Virus record (IMG/VR): IMGVR_UViG_3300023174_000038 | Coordinates: 1 to 64,000 of that record | Strand: one strand, 5' to 3' | DNA length: 64,000 bases | Part shown: one piece after another, positions 46,404 to 56,882 of the stretch | Layout of the letters: the number at the start of each line of letters is the position of its first letter | How positions within the stretch are numbered: position 1 is the stretch's first letter | Program-made: the position numbers and the translations under genes | Notes under the pieces: model-generated | Told to the model about the DNA's origin: nothing | What the model saw: the letters and a program-made list of their open reading frames with translations, nothing else | The model's database searches: none

Positions 46404-48720
46404 TTGAAATTTTAAAAACTTTTTTTGATTTATTTCTATACTGTTCGTGTACCGTTTCTTTTGTTTGAATTTCAGATGATATCCAATCTTTAATATTACC
46501 TGTTTCTTCAAAAACACCATCAAAACTATAATTAACCTTTTCTCTTTCCAATCGGTATGTTTCTTTTAAGTGCGGAGTTACTGTATCATGTACAAATTTA
46601 TGTGTCAACTTTATATTATAGTTGCCATTAGAGTCTATCTCAAACGTTAGATCAGAGTCGTACATTCTAGAAATATAATCACCAAACGTATTAAAGTCAG
46701 TTTCTGCATTGCACTTAAATGTAAATTTAAAAGCTCCAAAGTACGTGTGTATAACATATAGCAAAGCAAAATATTCGTTAGTTATACTAGCAAAAAACGT
46801 GTTATCTGTGTTTCTATTCAAGTTAACATATTGGTCATATGTTATATAGTCTGTTACATTTTTAGTACCAGTAAAAGTATAAAAATCTTGTATATTGTGA
46901 TATCGTTGAGCATTAATCATAGCAGAATCAGAATAATAATTGATTATATCTAACCACACATGGTTTAATTTTATTCTTAAAAATCTATGCATAGCAGTAT
47001 TATTATCAGTATGCCATGAGTTAAATAAATTGTTATCGTAGGGTTTCTCAATCCAATTCATTCCATAATCTTTCCAATTAGTATCCCAGTGTGCAATACT
47101 TTGGGGCGGTGATGCTCCAAAGCCTGGACTTATATTATCAATCCAATTTCTACAATTGAATAGTAATTGAAAACTATGTAAGCAGTCGATTGGTTCTTCT
47201 GTGGGGAATCCTACCATCCAATTTATGTGAACAAACATCCCCGACGCTTTAGAATCTTTAAGATTATTTTCTACTTCCCATATGTCAATCTTCTTACGCA
47301 TATCATTAAGAACTTTTTGACTTCCTGATTCTACCCCATAGCTCAGACATGTGCATCCACTATCTGTAACCTTTTGTAAGAATTCAGCAGTCATTCTTCC
47401 ATCACATCTTGCGTAAGAGTTCCAATGTATTTTAATATTTCTTTCTAATATTAGATCAACCAGTTTTTGGAAATTTTTTAAATTTCCATTAACTAAACTA
47501 TCAACAAACCAAAATCTACTAACACCTAAATTATTTTGTTGGTATTCTATTTCATCTACTACTCTTTCCGGAGTCATTGATCTAAATTTCCAGAAATGTG
47601 TTTCAGCGCAAAAACTACAGTCTGCTACACACCCTCTAGACGTTTCAATGCTAACCCCGTAGCTGTGTTCGTAGTTGCTAAAATTGTAATCAGAATAGTC
47701 CGGATACGGGTATACGTCTAAATCTAATTTACTATTTACCGTCCCTATAGTTTGACTGCTACCAATATCGGTATCATCAGTTAACTCTTCCAAAAATTTT
47801 ACAAAATTTTCTTCAGCCTCTCCTATAAATTTGTAATTTATAAGAGTTGTTAATAAATGTCCGTTGCTAATAGCACCGGGACCTCCTACCACGATACATA
47901 CATCGGGCATCATATATCTTAATTCCCGTATTAGATATAGACTAGCATGGATGTTTGTATCATATAAACTAAATCCAACGACCTTGGGATTAGATTGAAG
48001 AATATTAAATAATGTTCTATCAAATACGTCCTTCAAGTCGGGCAATATAAATTCACTAAAACTTTCCGAGCTATTCCAATAAAAATATCTATTTGATGCC
48101 CAGTAGTCAATTCCGGTGGTATCATGAAGATGATGGAAAGATTCTATATTAAGATCGTACACTCTAACACTATAATCTAAATGTCTCAATAATCCTGTTA
48201 GTTTGGCGAGGTTGTAAGGTGGAAATAGTTTTCCCCAAGCTGGCGCTACTACAAGTCCAATTCTAAATTTAGAAGTGTCTGCCCATTCAACTTCTTTATG
48301 GATATATCCGGAATCTACGGTAGGTTGTTCATCTCCTAAATGTGATATTGCATGACTTAGATTTGAATCTTTTTTAAGTATATGATTTAGGATAATTTGA
48401 TCCCGATCACCGACAACCATCTTTGTTGCCTCTTCCTCTTGTTTTGCAATATCATCCGACATTAGTGTTATTCTTTGTCGTCTGTCTCTTTCACTCCAAA
48501 ATCTAGGATTATCAATTTCGGGAAATCTTAATATTGCAATTTCAATAAATGCTTTATCAATTTTAGAACTAACCGCGGCAGCCTCTACGACAGACGCCAT
48601 TGTGTCCCATTTGATCATATTTTCTAATATATAAGTTGGGCATCCTCGTGTGGATGCAACATTAATTCTTTCTAAATGATCCGCATCTTTTAGTCTTTCT
48701 TCAAAGTTTATTTTTTTCAT
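46396..48720 (-). CDS. B12-binding (class B-like) radical SAM protein
   Basis: PPYNLAKL, VVGFS, VVGGP, GEAE (cobalamin domain); ETSRGCVADCSFC; YGVESGS; MVGFPTE. Confidence 0.88.
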   Translation of the reverse strand: MKKINFEERLKDADHLERINVASTRGCPTYILENMIKWDTMASVVEAAAVSSKIDKAFIEIAILRFPEIDNPRFWSERDRRQRITLMSDDIAKQEEEATKMVVGDRDQIILNHILKKDSNLSHAISHLGDEQPTVDSGYIHKEVEWADTSKFRIGLVVAPAWGKLFPPYNLAKLTGLLRHLDYSVRVYDLNIESFHHLHDTTGIDYWASNRYFYWNSSESFSEFILPDLKDVFDRTLFNILQSNPKVVGFSLYDTNIHASLYLIRELRYMMPDVCIVVGGPGAISNGHLLTTLINYKFIGEAEENFVKFLEELTDDTDIGSSQTIGTVNSKLDLDVYPYPDYSDYNFSNYEHSYGVSIETSRGCVADCSFCAETHFWKFRSMTPERVVDEIEYQQNNLGVSRFWFVDSLVNGNLKNFQKLVDLILERNIKIHWNSYARCDGRMTAEFLQKVTDSGCTCLSYGVESGSQKVLNDMRKKIDIWEVENNLKDSKASGMFVHINWMVGFPTEEPIDCLHSFQLLFNCRNWIDNISPGFGASPPQSIAHWDTNWKDYGMNWIEKPYDNNLFNSWHTDNNTAMHRFLRIKLNHVWLDIINYYSDSAMINAQRYHNIQDFYTFTGTKNVTDYITYDQYVNLNRNTDNTFFASITNEYFALLYVIHTYFGAFKFTFKCNAETDFNTFGDYISRMYDSDLTFEIDSNGNYNIKLTHKFVHDTVTPHLKETYRLEREKVNYSFDGVFEETGNIKDWISSEIQTKETVHEQYRNKSKKVFKISND

Positions 48721-49973
48721 TATGTTTGATTTTTAAATAATTCAAGTTGTTGCTCAGTATACTGAACTACTTCTCCTGGATTTTGCATCCCTCGTATTGG
48801 AACAAGACTTACAACACCTTTAACTCTTCCATTTGCACCCGGTCTGTTTAATAAATCTAAATTTAATATTTTCTCTTTTAATTTTAATGCTCTATCTATA
48901 TATTTAGGAGGAGCCATTAATTTTACTTCTAACCAATGGTCATCGTCATGTTCATCAAAATGTTCGCATATTACTTTAATATTTTTAACAAATCTATCTT
49001 CATCATTGTATTCTGTTAAGCCGTCAAAATGAGCACTTAATAATATGCTATTCATATATTTTGCTAGTTCCCCCCAGTATTTATGATCTCTGGTTCCATT
49101 ACTAGTTACCATAGTCCATTGGTTTTTACCTTTAAGATACTTAATAAAATCTAAAAAGTTAGGATGTAACGTAGGCTCACCGCCGCCAAAGTTCCATCTG
49201 ATGGTTTTATTATGGGCCCATTCTTCAATAATCTTATCAGCAGTGCTTATCAATAAGTCATAATCTTTATGGGTATCAGTTTTATTATGCACTCCTGGCC
49301 AGCAATAGGAACAATCATAATTACATTTTCTGCTAAGATCCCATAAAATTTGATAGGGCATAGAATAATTCAATTCAACTGCAACTGGATCACTTATATT
49401 ATCAACATAATCATTTTCAGTACGGTCTCGCCCTTGCCATCCTTCATTGTTAACAGCAAGCGTTGTCCTATGCATTTTAGTTTTGACTTTGCTTAATACA
49501 ACATCAGCACCGCAGCTACATGAATTCCACGGACATACAAACCACTCTTTAGACAAAGAAAAACTTTCATTTATATTGCCCAAAAACCCAGGTATATTAT
49601 TTTTATTTTCTTCTGTTACTGGGATTATTTTTTTATATGCCTTGCCATTCTTTTTAAATTCTGATTCTAATTTTAAAAATTCTTCGCCTGTATGCCACCA
49701 CTCAGATGGAATATTTTTTCCAAATTTATCAATCTTAGAGAATAACAATTCTTTCCAATTGTCATGATTAAAACGGTCTATGAATGAACTAGCTGTATTA
49801 CATACCCAAATGTTGCCGTCAAAGTCAATATATAAATTTTGAACTCCGGCGCTACATTTCCAATTTTGCCAATAATTATATCTGTTTGCAATTGCTTCGT
49901 CAACCGAAACTCTTATAAATTTTCCATCATCATCATATATTCTTAATTGCTTGTTGTTGTTAATATTATCCAT
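48720..49973 (-). CDS. Radical SAM protein with the SPASM-like domain placed N-terminally
   Basis: N-terminal WKCSAG..IDFDGNIWVC..CPWNSCSCGAD; CNYDCSYC; GGGEPT. Confidence 0.85.
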   Translation of the reverse strand: MDNINNNKQLRIYDDDGKFIRVSVDEAIANRYNYWQNWKCSAGVQNLYIDFDGNIWVCNTASSFIDRFNHDNWKELLFSKIDKFGKNIPSEWWHTGEEFLKLESEFKKNGKAYKKIIPVTEENKNNIPGFLGNINESFSLSKEWFVCPWNSCSCGADVVLSKVKTKMHRTTLAVNNEGWQGRDRTENDYVDNISDPVAVELNYSMPYQILWDLSRKCNYDCSYCWPGVHNKTDTHKDYDLLISTADKIIEEWAHNKTIRWNFGGGEPTLHPNFLDFIKYLKGKNQWTMVTSNGTRDHKYWGELAKYMNSILLSAHFDGLTEYNDEDRFVKNIKVICEHFDEHDDDHWLEVKLMAPPKYIDRALKLKEKILNLDLLNRPGANGRVKGVVSLVPIRGMQNPGEVVQYTEQQLELFKNQT

Positions 49974-49977
49974 TATG

Positions 49978-50937
49978 TTACTTTATATCTAATTCTTTGG
50001 TGCTCATTATGTCAAAATTACAATGACACATAGTTTTATTACATAATACAGGTGTTTTTGGTACTTCAAAGGCTTCAAATATATTACCAATCTTTCCACC
50101 TACTCTACACCAACCACGATATATGTCGCCACCTAAGTCTACAATAATCTGCTCTGCACCGGCATAACAATTCCACCCACTCCAATCATTAGTCTTTTGA
50201 CTGATAAATCTATGTGCGCTAGAAACAACTTCTGTATTATCTTCTTTAATCATCTTCATGGCACCACGATAGTAATCAAATGATTTGGTATACTTAATGT
50301 GTTTAACAATCAACTCATGTTGTTTATCAAATATCTTCTTTTGAAACTCATCATAATCATACAATGTATCACCAAAATCATGTATCAACGGCTGTAATGC
50401 CATACTGATATTGCCTATACCCTTAACTTTATTAGCTACAGCATAGCAAAAATCAAACTTATCTGGACTCATCATAATGTTTACATGTGTACGTACATCA
50501 TCATGCAACAACTTTACTACTTCTACAAAGTGGTCAGCTTCTGCAAACTCAGGGTGAAAGCTTAAACATACATGGTCAAAGTATTGTTTATTATCTTCCC
50601 ACCAACGTAATGTTCTACTGCCGTTACTAATCAATCCTACTTTAGCACCTAATTCGGTGCAATGTTTACATATCTCTACAAAATGTTTGTATAGTGTTAC
50701 TTCACCACCGGTTAGTTCAAAGTAAACTTTACGCGGAGCAACTTGTTCTACTACACGTGTGATAAATTCTTTAACTTTATCTAGTTCAGGCCATTTAATA
50801 TCACCTGAATGAAGATTCTCTGGACAATAACTACATTCAAAGTTACAAGTATTACCCATACACCAATTGACTACAAACCATTCTTCATGTACAGGGTTAC
50901 TGTGTACTAACTTAATATAATTGTGTTCCATTACCAT
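49978..50937 (-). CDS. Radical SAM/SPASM protein
   Basis: CNFECSYC, TGGEVT, SNGSR; C-terminal WNCYAG..GWC..CNKTMCHC. Confidence 0.88.
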   Translation of the reverse strand: MVMEHNYIKLVHSNPVHEEWFVVNWCMGNTCNFECSYCPENLHSGDIKWPELDKVKEFITRVVEQVAPRKVYFELTGGEVTLYKHFVEICKHCTELGAKVGLISNGSRTLRWWEDNKQYFDHVCLSFHPEFAEADHFVEVVKLLHDDVRTHVNIMMSPDKFDFCYAVANKVKGIGNISMALQPLIHDFGDTLYDYDEFQKKIFDKQHELIVKHIKYTKSFDYYRGAMKMIKEDNTEVVSSAHRFISQKTNDWSGWNCYAGAEQIIVDLGGDIYRGWCRVGGKIGNIFEAFEVPKTPVLCNKTMCHCNFDIMSTKELDIK

Positions 50938-51884
50938 CCTTCTATTTTTCTAATAACATCCATCTCTTTAACTAACGGTCCGAGATTATATTTATCAGAG
51001 CTATAGTGACGCTTGAAGAACTTGCTTTGTCCCCCGTCAAAGTGATGCATTGGCAAATCAAGTTTATCAGTTAATGCCGCACCTAATAATGCTGATTCAC
51101 GATCAGGATCTCTATGTAAATGTTCTTCCCATAATACAGTATAGTTATCAAACCATTGTACATTAGCAGGATCCCACTCAGTAAGCATAGTCATATATGT
51201 TCCAAGGCGGGCTCCATAGATAGCCCACTCACCGTTCTCTATATCACGACCGATGTTGTGCCAAATAGTTAAATTGTTTAAGTTACGACTAGCAACAGTT
51301 TCTTTTAGTGCATCAACTGTAGGTTTTGATCCACGGTCAAGAACCATTTTTACTCCTTCACGGAATCCAGCTCGCCACGCTTGAAACGGAGTATAATTAG
51401 GATAAGTAGTAGAGTAGCAGTCATACATTGTCCAATATAAGTTGTCTTTGCTGTCTAAACAAAAGTCAGCAATTCGTGAAACATCACCTTCAGTTTGATG
51501 CTCGTGTGTTTTCATTTCACGCACATAAGTTTTTGTCCAACTACTCATTCCACCATTGCCATAGCGTAGTCCATTGATGTTATTAATGGCTTTCCAACGA
51601 TATTGTGCTATCTTGTAGTTAGGATCTTTGTCAGTGAAGTCTAATTGTAGGTTGAAGAAACTTTCATCTGGCATGTTGTCACCGTCAATCAAAATGAAAC
51701 GTTCTGTGTCGCTTGCTTCACCTGCGGCTTTATGTGCGGCATCAGATCCCTTAACACTATCAACACGTTTGGCCCAAGGCACCATGTTTTTAATTTTGAG
51801 CCAAAATTCTTCTTTTTGTGGTTCATCATAACTGAGATAGATGCAGTCTAAGTCTGCTACATCAATAATATCATCAGAGTTCAT
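50931..51884 (-). CDS. Glycosyltransferase-like (GT-A) protein
   Basis: IYLSYDEP, RVDSVKGSDAAHK, FILIDGDN (DxD), AWRAGFREGVKM. Confidence 0.6.
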   Translation of the reverse strand: MNSDDIIDVADLDCIYLSYDEPQKEEFWLKIKNMVPWAKRVDSVKGSDAAHKAAGEASDTERFILIDGDNMPDESFFNLQLDFTDKDPNYKIAQYRWKAINNINGLRYGNGGMSSWTKTYVREMKTHEHQTEGDVSRIADFCLDSKDNLYWTMYDCYSTTYPNYTPFQAWRAGFREGVKMVLDRGSKPTVDALKETVASRNLNNLTIWHNIGRDIENGEWAIYGARLGTYMTMLTEWDPANVQWFDNYTVLWEEHLHRDPDRESALLGAALTDKLDLPMHHFDGGQSKFFKRHYSSDKYNLGPLVKEMDVIRKIEGW

Positions 51885-52203
51885 ATGTTTTTAATTTCCA
51901 TTTAGTTATATTATTGTAAGAGCTATCTACAACGATGCTCAAATCTTCATTAGCACAACTTGTACCTTCATCATCATGTATTAACTTAGATACAACGGAA
52001 CCGGCTATAGCGCCTGCTACTTTACCATCTACTACTCTAAGATCAGGACGACCTTGAGCATAGGTACTTGAGTCTATTACAACATAATTACCTTCTGGTT
52101 TTTCACATGTATAAAATAATACATTACCACGTTCATCATAATACAATCTGAACTCAGGCTTAATGATGGGAGGTGCTTCCCAAATTACAAATTCTTCCAT
52201 CAA
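51874..52203 (-). CDS. Hypothetical protein
   Basis: 109-aa coupled ORF. Confidence 0.7.
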   Translation of the reverse strand: MMEEFVIWEAPPIIKPEFRLYYDERGNVLFYTCEKPEGNYVVIDSSTYAQGRPDLRVVDGKVAGAIAGSVVSKLIHDDEGTSCANEDLSIVVDSSYNNITKWKLKTYEL

Positions 52204-52946
52204 TAACTTTCTAATATTTTATCACTAAACGATTTAATGTGATAGTGAAACGGGTAAAGTTGTGGGTAAGTATTTACTCTAATCATTTTAGGTAATACTT
52301 CGTATACTAACGTGTTAGTCCAATCTTCACTGGGTATACCATTAACATATTGTTTCATATGAATCATACTCATTTCATTAAAATCAGGCAATGTAGTTTT
52401 TTCTACACCTACTATATGACATGCTATAGCATATACCCAATCAGTTGATACTTCTTCGTTTGGGTTACATTTTAATATGGCTTTATATTCTTCCCAATTT
52501 TCAAAAATATCTCTTACTACTGTATAAAACAGCTTAGCCGTTTCTGACTTTTTAAAGTATGTTATGCTATTATAAGTATCTGGTAGCATATTCTCATCAA
52601 TAAACTTTCTATATACTCTGCAATCAGATAGTTCACCTTTAAAATTTCTAATAGTAGTGGATACTACTACATCATTTATACTTAGTATATCCCACCAATG
52701 TTCTATGCTTCGGGGGATAATCATATCTGCTTCTAGTTTGATGGTTTCATCGTACGGGCTTGCTTCATATACTTGCCAATCATTTGTATAACCACCCGTA
52801 TCACCATGTGGCAACATGTCACTGGTGATAATAGTTACATTAGCATTGGGCATAACTTTTTTAATGCTTAACTCTAATGCTTTTGCACAATTAGTATAAC
52901 TAACTTTCTCAGTATCTTGTGCCATAATTACAAAACCTCTAGTCAT
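52200..52946 (-). CDS. GT8-like glycosyltransferase
   Basis: A..L..SIK, SPYDETIKLEADM; paralog of 52943-53746. Confidence 0.65.
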   Translation of the reverse strand: MTRGFVIMAQDTEKVSYTNCAKALELSIKKVMPNANVTIITSDMLPHGDTGGYTNDWQVYEASPYDETIKLEADMIIPRSIEHWWDILSINDVVVSTTIRNFKGELSDCRVYRKFIDENMLPDTYNSITYFKKSETAKLFYTVVRDIFENWEEYKAILKCNPNEEVSTDWVYAIACHIVGVEKTTLPDFNEMSMIHMKQYVNGIPSEDWTNTLVYEVLPKMIRVNTYPQLYPFHYHIKSFSDKILESY

Positions 52947-53746
52947 GCTATTAGCTCCATAAAGTTTTCTTTATTCATAACATGAAAATCCATATTTTTA
53001 ATTGTTATATACTCTTTTCGTATTTTACCACGTTGCCAGTTGTCATACATAACAGTATATTCTGTGTTAAACACACTATCATTATCTCTATATATTGATG
53101 TGTTTTTACCAACATGTACTAAATTCCAGGGTATAATATCACGAGGACTATCACTATGCCCATTTGCTATACGTAAGGCAAGTGTTAGTGCGTAATCATT
53201 ACGATATACTCCACCAACAAAGCTATGTATATCACAGTAGTGGTCATAGTTATTTTGTACCATTTCTAAACATTCAAATATTTGTTTAGCACGATTGGAT
53301 TTTTTAAATGTAACAACGGTAGCCCACAAAGTTTTAAAACTATATGAACTTAATACTTCCTGTGCTACTCCTGGTTGCATTAAGTAACTAGTAGTATCAT
53401 GGCAACAGAAGTCATCATATATATTAAAAATTCTTAATAATTTATCTGAGTTAACCATATAATCTGTGTCTAGCAGAATCGTTTCATCATACGGGCTAAA
53501 GTCATATGCTTGATAACGTCCCTTGTTAATCCAAATATTATGTTCACGTATGTTGTTTTTATCAGCAGTGGTAACTATAACTTTGTCAAAGGTATATGAT
53601 TCTGTTGTTGGTAATGATTCTTCATCTGTAACTAATGTAACTGGAAGATTTAAGAAATGGTTAATGCGTTTAGCAGTGGCTACTGCCATGTCATAGTAAT
53701 TAAACTTGGGAGAGTTAAACGCAAATAATATTGCACCTTTGCTCAT
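52943..53746 (-). CDS. GT8-like glycosyltransferase
   Basis: TLVTD, FDKVI, SPYDETILLDTD (DxD), YRND, FHVMNK. Confidence 0.7.
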   Translation of the reverse strand: MSKGAILFAFNSPKFNYYDMAVATAKRINHFLNLPVTLVTDEESLPTTESYTFDKVIVTTADKNNIREHNIWINKGRYQAYDFSPYDETILLDTDYMVNSDKLLRIFNIYDDFCCHDTTSYLMQPGVAQEVLSSYSFKTLWATVVTFKKSNRAKQIFECLEMVQNNYDHYCDIHSFVGGVYRNDYALTLALRIANGHSDSPRDIIPWNLVHVGKNTSIYRDNDSVFNTEYTVMYDNWQRGKIRKEYITIKNMDFHVMNKENFMELIA

Positions 53747-54048
53747 CGTACAATCTCAATCTCTTTCCATTCTTTATACCAGTCAAGCATAACTTTACTA
53801 TATGTTTCTTTTAATACGTTTAGCAATTGTGCGCGGTTGACCTGTACAGGGTTATTAAAGTTATCAATTAATACAACAAAATTATCATCTAATGCATTTA
53901 AAAATGCAATAAGTTCAGGACTAGCTTTCCATAGTCCACCTTGTTCGGCAATAATAAATTTGCCATCGTATTTGTCTTTTAGTTGCGCTTTTGCGCTATT
54001 GTGATTGAAGCGGGCTTTAGCCTCGCTAATTAAGGTTTTGGTATCCAT
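53743..54048 (-). CDS. Hypothetical protein
   Basis: 101 aa, SD AGGAG, TAAATA upstream. Confidence 0.7.
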   Translation of the reverse strand: MDTKTLISEAKARFNHNSAKAQLKDKYDGKFIIAEQGGLWKASPELIAFLNALDDNFVVLIDNFNNPVQVNRAQLLNVLKETYSKVMLDWYKEWKEIEIVR

Positions 54049-54094
54049 TAAACACTCCTAAAAGTATTTAGATAGATACTGTGCTGTTGAAAAA

Positions 54095-55045
54095 TTAACT
54101 ACCTGTTACAGTACCAGTAATACTAGGTGTTCCCCACGTGTTGGCAATATATGTAACTTCGGGTGGGCGTATAGTTACTGTAGTAGCTGAACCGGTTGCT
54201 ACAGTAAGACCATTTGGGATTTCATCCCAAACTGTGTATATAGTAACAATACTACCTACGTCACCATTACTACCTTGAGTACCATTTGTTTTAACAAAGA
54301 TATTAATGTTAGTTGATAAGTAACCAGAAGGGCCTGTACTAGCAGTTTGATAGAATACATTAGCATTAGCAGTTGACCAATTATAATATCCACTATTAGT
54401 TGATATAGTAGGGCTAGATCCTCCGCCACCTACTCTAGTTACTCCGTTATAGCTTGTACCAGCAATACTTGCAGCACCCGAAGTAGGTGAGCTTAGAACC
54501 ACAGTACCCACATTGCTTGCTAAGTTATTTAATAGCAAATTAATTCCTGAACCAGCAGGATGCGAACATGTAATTGCTAATTGTCCACCTGAGTTAAAGA
54601 AATAACGTGCGGCATCACCGTTAGCAAACGATACAGTATGAGTAAATGTGATTGCGTTAAGCCATGTTGCACCATAAGTTGCGGTATTTGCACTTGTTCC
54701 GCTTTGCGATACAGCATTTAATCTATTTGTGTAAATTGTTTGTAAATTAGTAACAACATTAGCATTATATGTAATTGTATTTCCAGAGGCCGGGGCTGTT
54801 ACACTAGTAATACTTGAACTTTGATGACTAGCTGAGTTGGATGTTCTATTAATTAAATTAGCCCAACTAGTAGCAGTAACTGTGTCACCCGTAGCTACAT
54901 TTGCTAACGCTGTTTGACCATAACCTGCACCACCACTACCTGTAGCCCATACTGTGTTTAATACATTAGCTGTGCTGCCTGCGGCTGCACCCACTAAATT
55001 ATTATAATCACTAGCTTGAATTGTTCCGTATTGTGCGTAGCTCAT
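54095..55045 (-). CDS. Virion structural (tail-associated) protein
   Basis: G/S/T/N-rich; GYGQ and ARYFFNSGG motifs; tail gene context. Confidence 0.7.
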   Translation of the reverse strand: MSYAQYGTIQASDYNNLVGAAAGSTANVLNTVWATGSGGAGYGQTALANVATGDTVTATSWANLINRTSNSASHQSSSITSVTAPASGNTITYNANVVTNLQTIYTNRLNAVSQSGTSANTATYGATWLNAITFTHTVSFANGDAARYFFNSGGQLAITCSHPAGSGINLLLNNLASNVGTVVLSSPTSGAASIAGTSYNGVTRVGGGGSSPTISTNSGYYNWSTANANVFYQTASTGPSGYLSTNINIFVKTNGTQGSNGDVGSIVTIYTVWDEIPNGLTVATGSATTVTIRPPEVTYIANTWGTPSITGTVTGS

Positions 55046-55048
55046 CTT

Positions 55049-56230
55049 TTATCCTTTAATTGAAACAAATGCTTCTACTGTTCCAACACTGTCAGTAGTT
55101 TTGTTTGCTAGAGCACGACCAATTACATTAAATGATGTTGCTTCCCCGGCTTTTGCCGCACGTGCTATGCCGTTACCAGCACTAACTAAACGTTGACCTT
55201 TTTTAACTTTTCCAGTGACTTTAACTTGTACACGACCACCAACTGCTACTGCTGGGTGAGTTGAATCATTGCCGGCACCTGCATTCATTAGATAAGCCGC
55301 AGTATTTGATACAACACCAAATACATCTTCACTTAATTCATGTACTACTGCTGTGATTTCTGCATCACCGCCCAATTCAACTACTGTGCCTGCATCATAT
55401 TGAGAGTCTGCTTCAAACCGTTCAGCCAAGTCAGCGTATGTTGCATTTAATCTTGCTCCAACCCCTAATGTCCAAATACCTGAAATTGTTCCGCCGCCTG
55501 TAATAGCTGTAGTACTTATACTGCTAGGTTGTAATGTGCCAGTATATGTTGGCAAAAATAATGCTACATTAGCATTACCATAAGTACCAGTAGGATTGAA
55601 TGGTGTTCCGTTTGCATAATAATAGTTGTCTGTTTTAATACCTGAGGTGTAAATATTACCATTAGCTACAACCATAGTATTACCACCCAAGCCTCCGTTA
55701 TATGTCCATGTACCGTTCATTGTACCAGGCGTAATATTAGAACCTGTTGTAATATTTGATGTATTTAATGTAGCAACATTACCTACTGTAATGTTGGCAT
55801 TTGCAATTGTTGCATTAGCAGTAACGGTAGCTAAACGAACAGTAATTGTATCTCCAACTAATGCATTTACTGCTGTGATATTATTGGATTGTAGATTTCC
55901 AGTAACTGTAACTGATCCAAATGTTGTTGTACCTGTACCACCTGATTGTGCTAGAGTAATCCAAGAACTTGCAGTAGTAGTTCCGTCAGCAGGACATACA
56001 CATAGTGTATTTGCATTTGTGTTATACCATAATTGACCACGTAATGGATTTGCAGGTGGAGTTGTATCTGCAAAGTTTTCCATTGCATGAACAAAGTTAG
56101 TATCAAGTGATTGACCGTAACCGGCATAATTTCTGCCCGGTAAGCCCAATGATGTACTAGTTGTGTTTATAGTACCGTCAGCAATGGTTGTTAGTACTGT
56201 TCCATCACTCTTTACAATCGTATATGCCAT
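55049..56230 (-). CDS. Tail fibre/baseplate protein with a C-terminal chaperone-like domain
   Basis: N-terminal L.GRNYAGYG..NF...ENFA..PP.NPL.GQLWY; C-terminal YADLAE...GTVV..GVVS..GRV.VKV.G.V.KG. Confidence 0.75.
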   Translation of the reverse strand: MAYTIVKSDGTVLTTIADGTINTTSTSLGLPGRNYAGYGQSLDTNFVHAMENFADTTPPANPLRGQLWYNTNANTLCVCPADGTTTASSWITLAQSGGTGTTTFGSVTVTGNLQSNNITAVNALVGDTITVRLATVTANATIANANITVGNVATLNTSNITTGSNITPGTMNGTWTYNGGLGGNTMVVANGNIYTSGIKTDNYYYANGTPFNPTGTYGNANVALFLPTYTGTLQPSSISTTAITGGGTISGIWTLGVGARLNATYADLAERFEADSQYDAGTVVELGGDAEITAVVHELSEDVFGVVSNTAAYLMNAGAGNDSTHPAVAVGGRVQVKVTGKVKKGQRLVSAGNGIARAAKAGEATSFNVIGRALANKTTDSVGTVEAFVSIKG

Positions 56231-56261
56231 ATTAAATTACCCCGATATTCTGTTATTTATC

Positions 56262-56882
56262 TTAAATTGTCACTAAGTTTGTCAAACTCTGTATTCTTAC
56301 TGTATAGTCTATTTGAATTTGCCTATTTAAACTCTTTTGTACTGGGTGAAAAATCACATGAGTTAATAATCGTGTGAGAACATTCCCGTTACTATCTGTT
56401 CCGTAGTTTGCTAATAAACCCAATTCGTCAAATACATAAGCTGAATCTGTTTGAGTGCTATTATCAAATGCATTTTGTCCTGCAGGTTCACCGTAATCTA
56501 ACAAACATTGTACTAAAATATCAGTATAAACTCTACCGGTTGTATGTGATACTGTCATTTTGTTACGTGTAGGATCTAAATTAAAAACACTTGTATCATC
56601 TACAATTTTAGCGTAAGTTTGATTATATAGGGCTGCATTTTGACCAGTTGTATTTGGGGGTAGATATGTGATTACACCTGTTTCATCTACGCTTGCACCA
56701 CCGTTCCCAAATGCCATCTGATAAATTTCACCGTAACCACGACTGCTTAATGTATCAGCAATGGCTTCAGACATGTTTTCGTAGTTAATGGCATTGTGCT
56801 TATCTACTAGAACTTCTCCGCTAATAGGGTCATAAATCTTTAAAAACCCTTCTACTTTATATGATAGTGTTATTACTGACAT
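56262..56882 (-). CDS. Putative baseplate/tail protein
   Basis: HNAI, MAFGNGG, FDELGL, LLTHVIFHPVQKS..IDYTVRI; tail gene context. Confidence 0.7.
   Translation of the reverse strand: MSVITLSYKVEGFLKIYDPISGEVLVDKHNAINYENMSEAIADTLSSRGYGEIYQMAFGNGGASVDETGVITYLPPNTTGQNAALYNQTYAKIVDDTSVFNLDPTRNKMTVSHTTGRVYTDILVQCLLDYGEPAGQNAFDNSTQTDSAYVFDELGLLANYGTDSNGNVLTRLLTHVIFHPVQKSLNRQIQIDYTVRIQSLTNLVTI

Noticed and set aside
56267-56286. Third Pho-box-like sequence TTGTCAC...TTGTCAA
   Set aside because: 12-bp period, on the non-coding strand and inside a CDS
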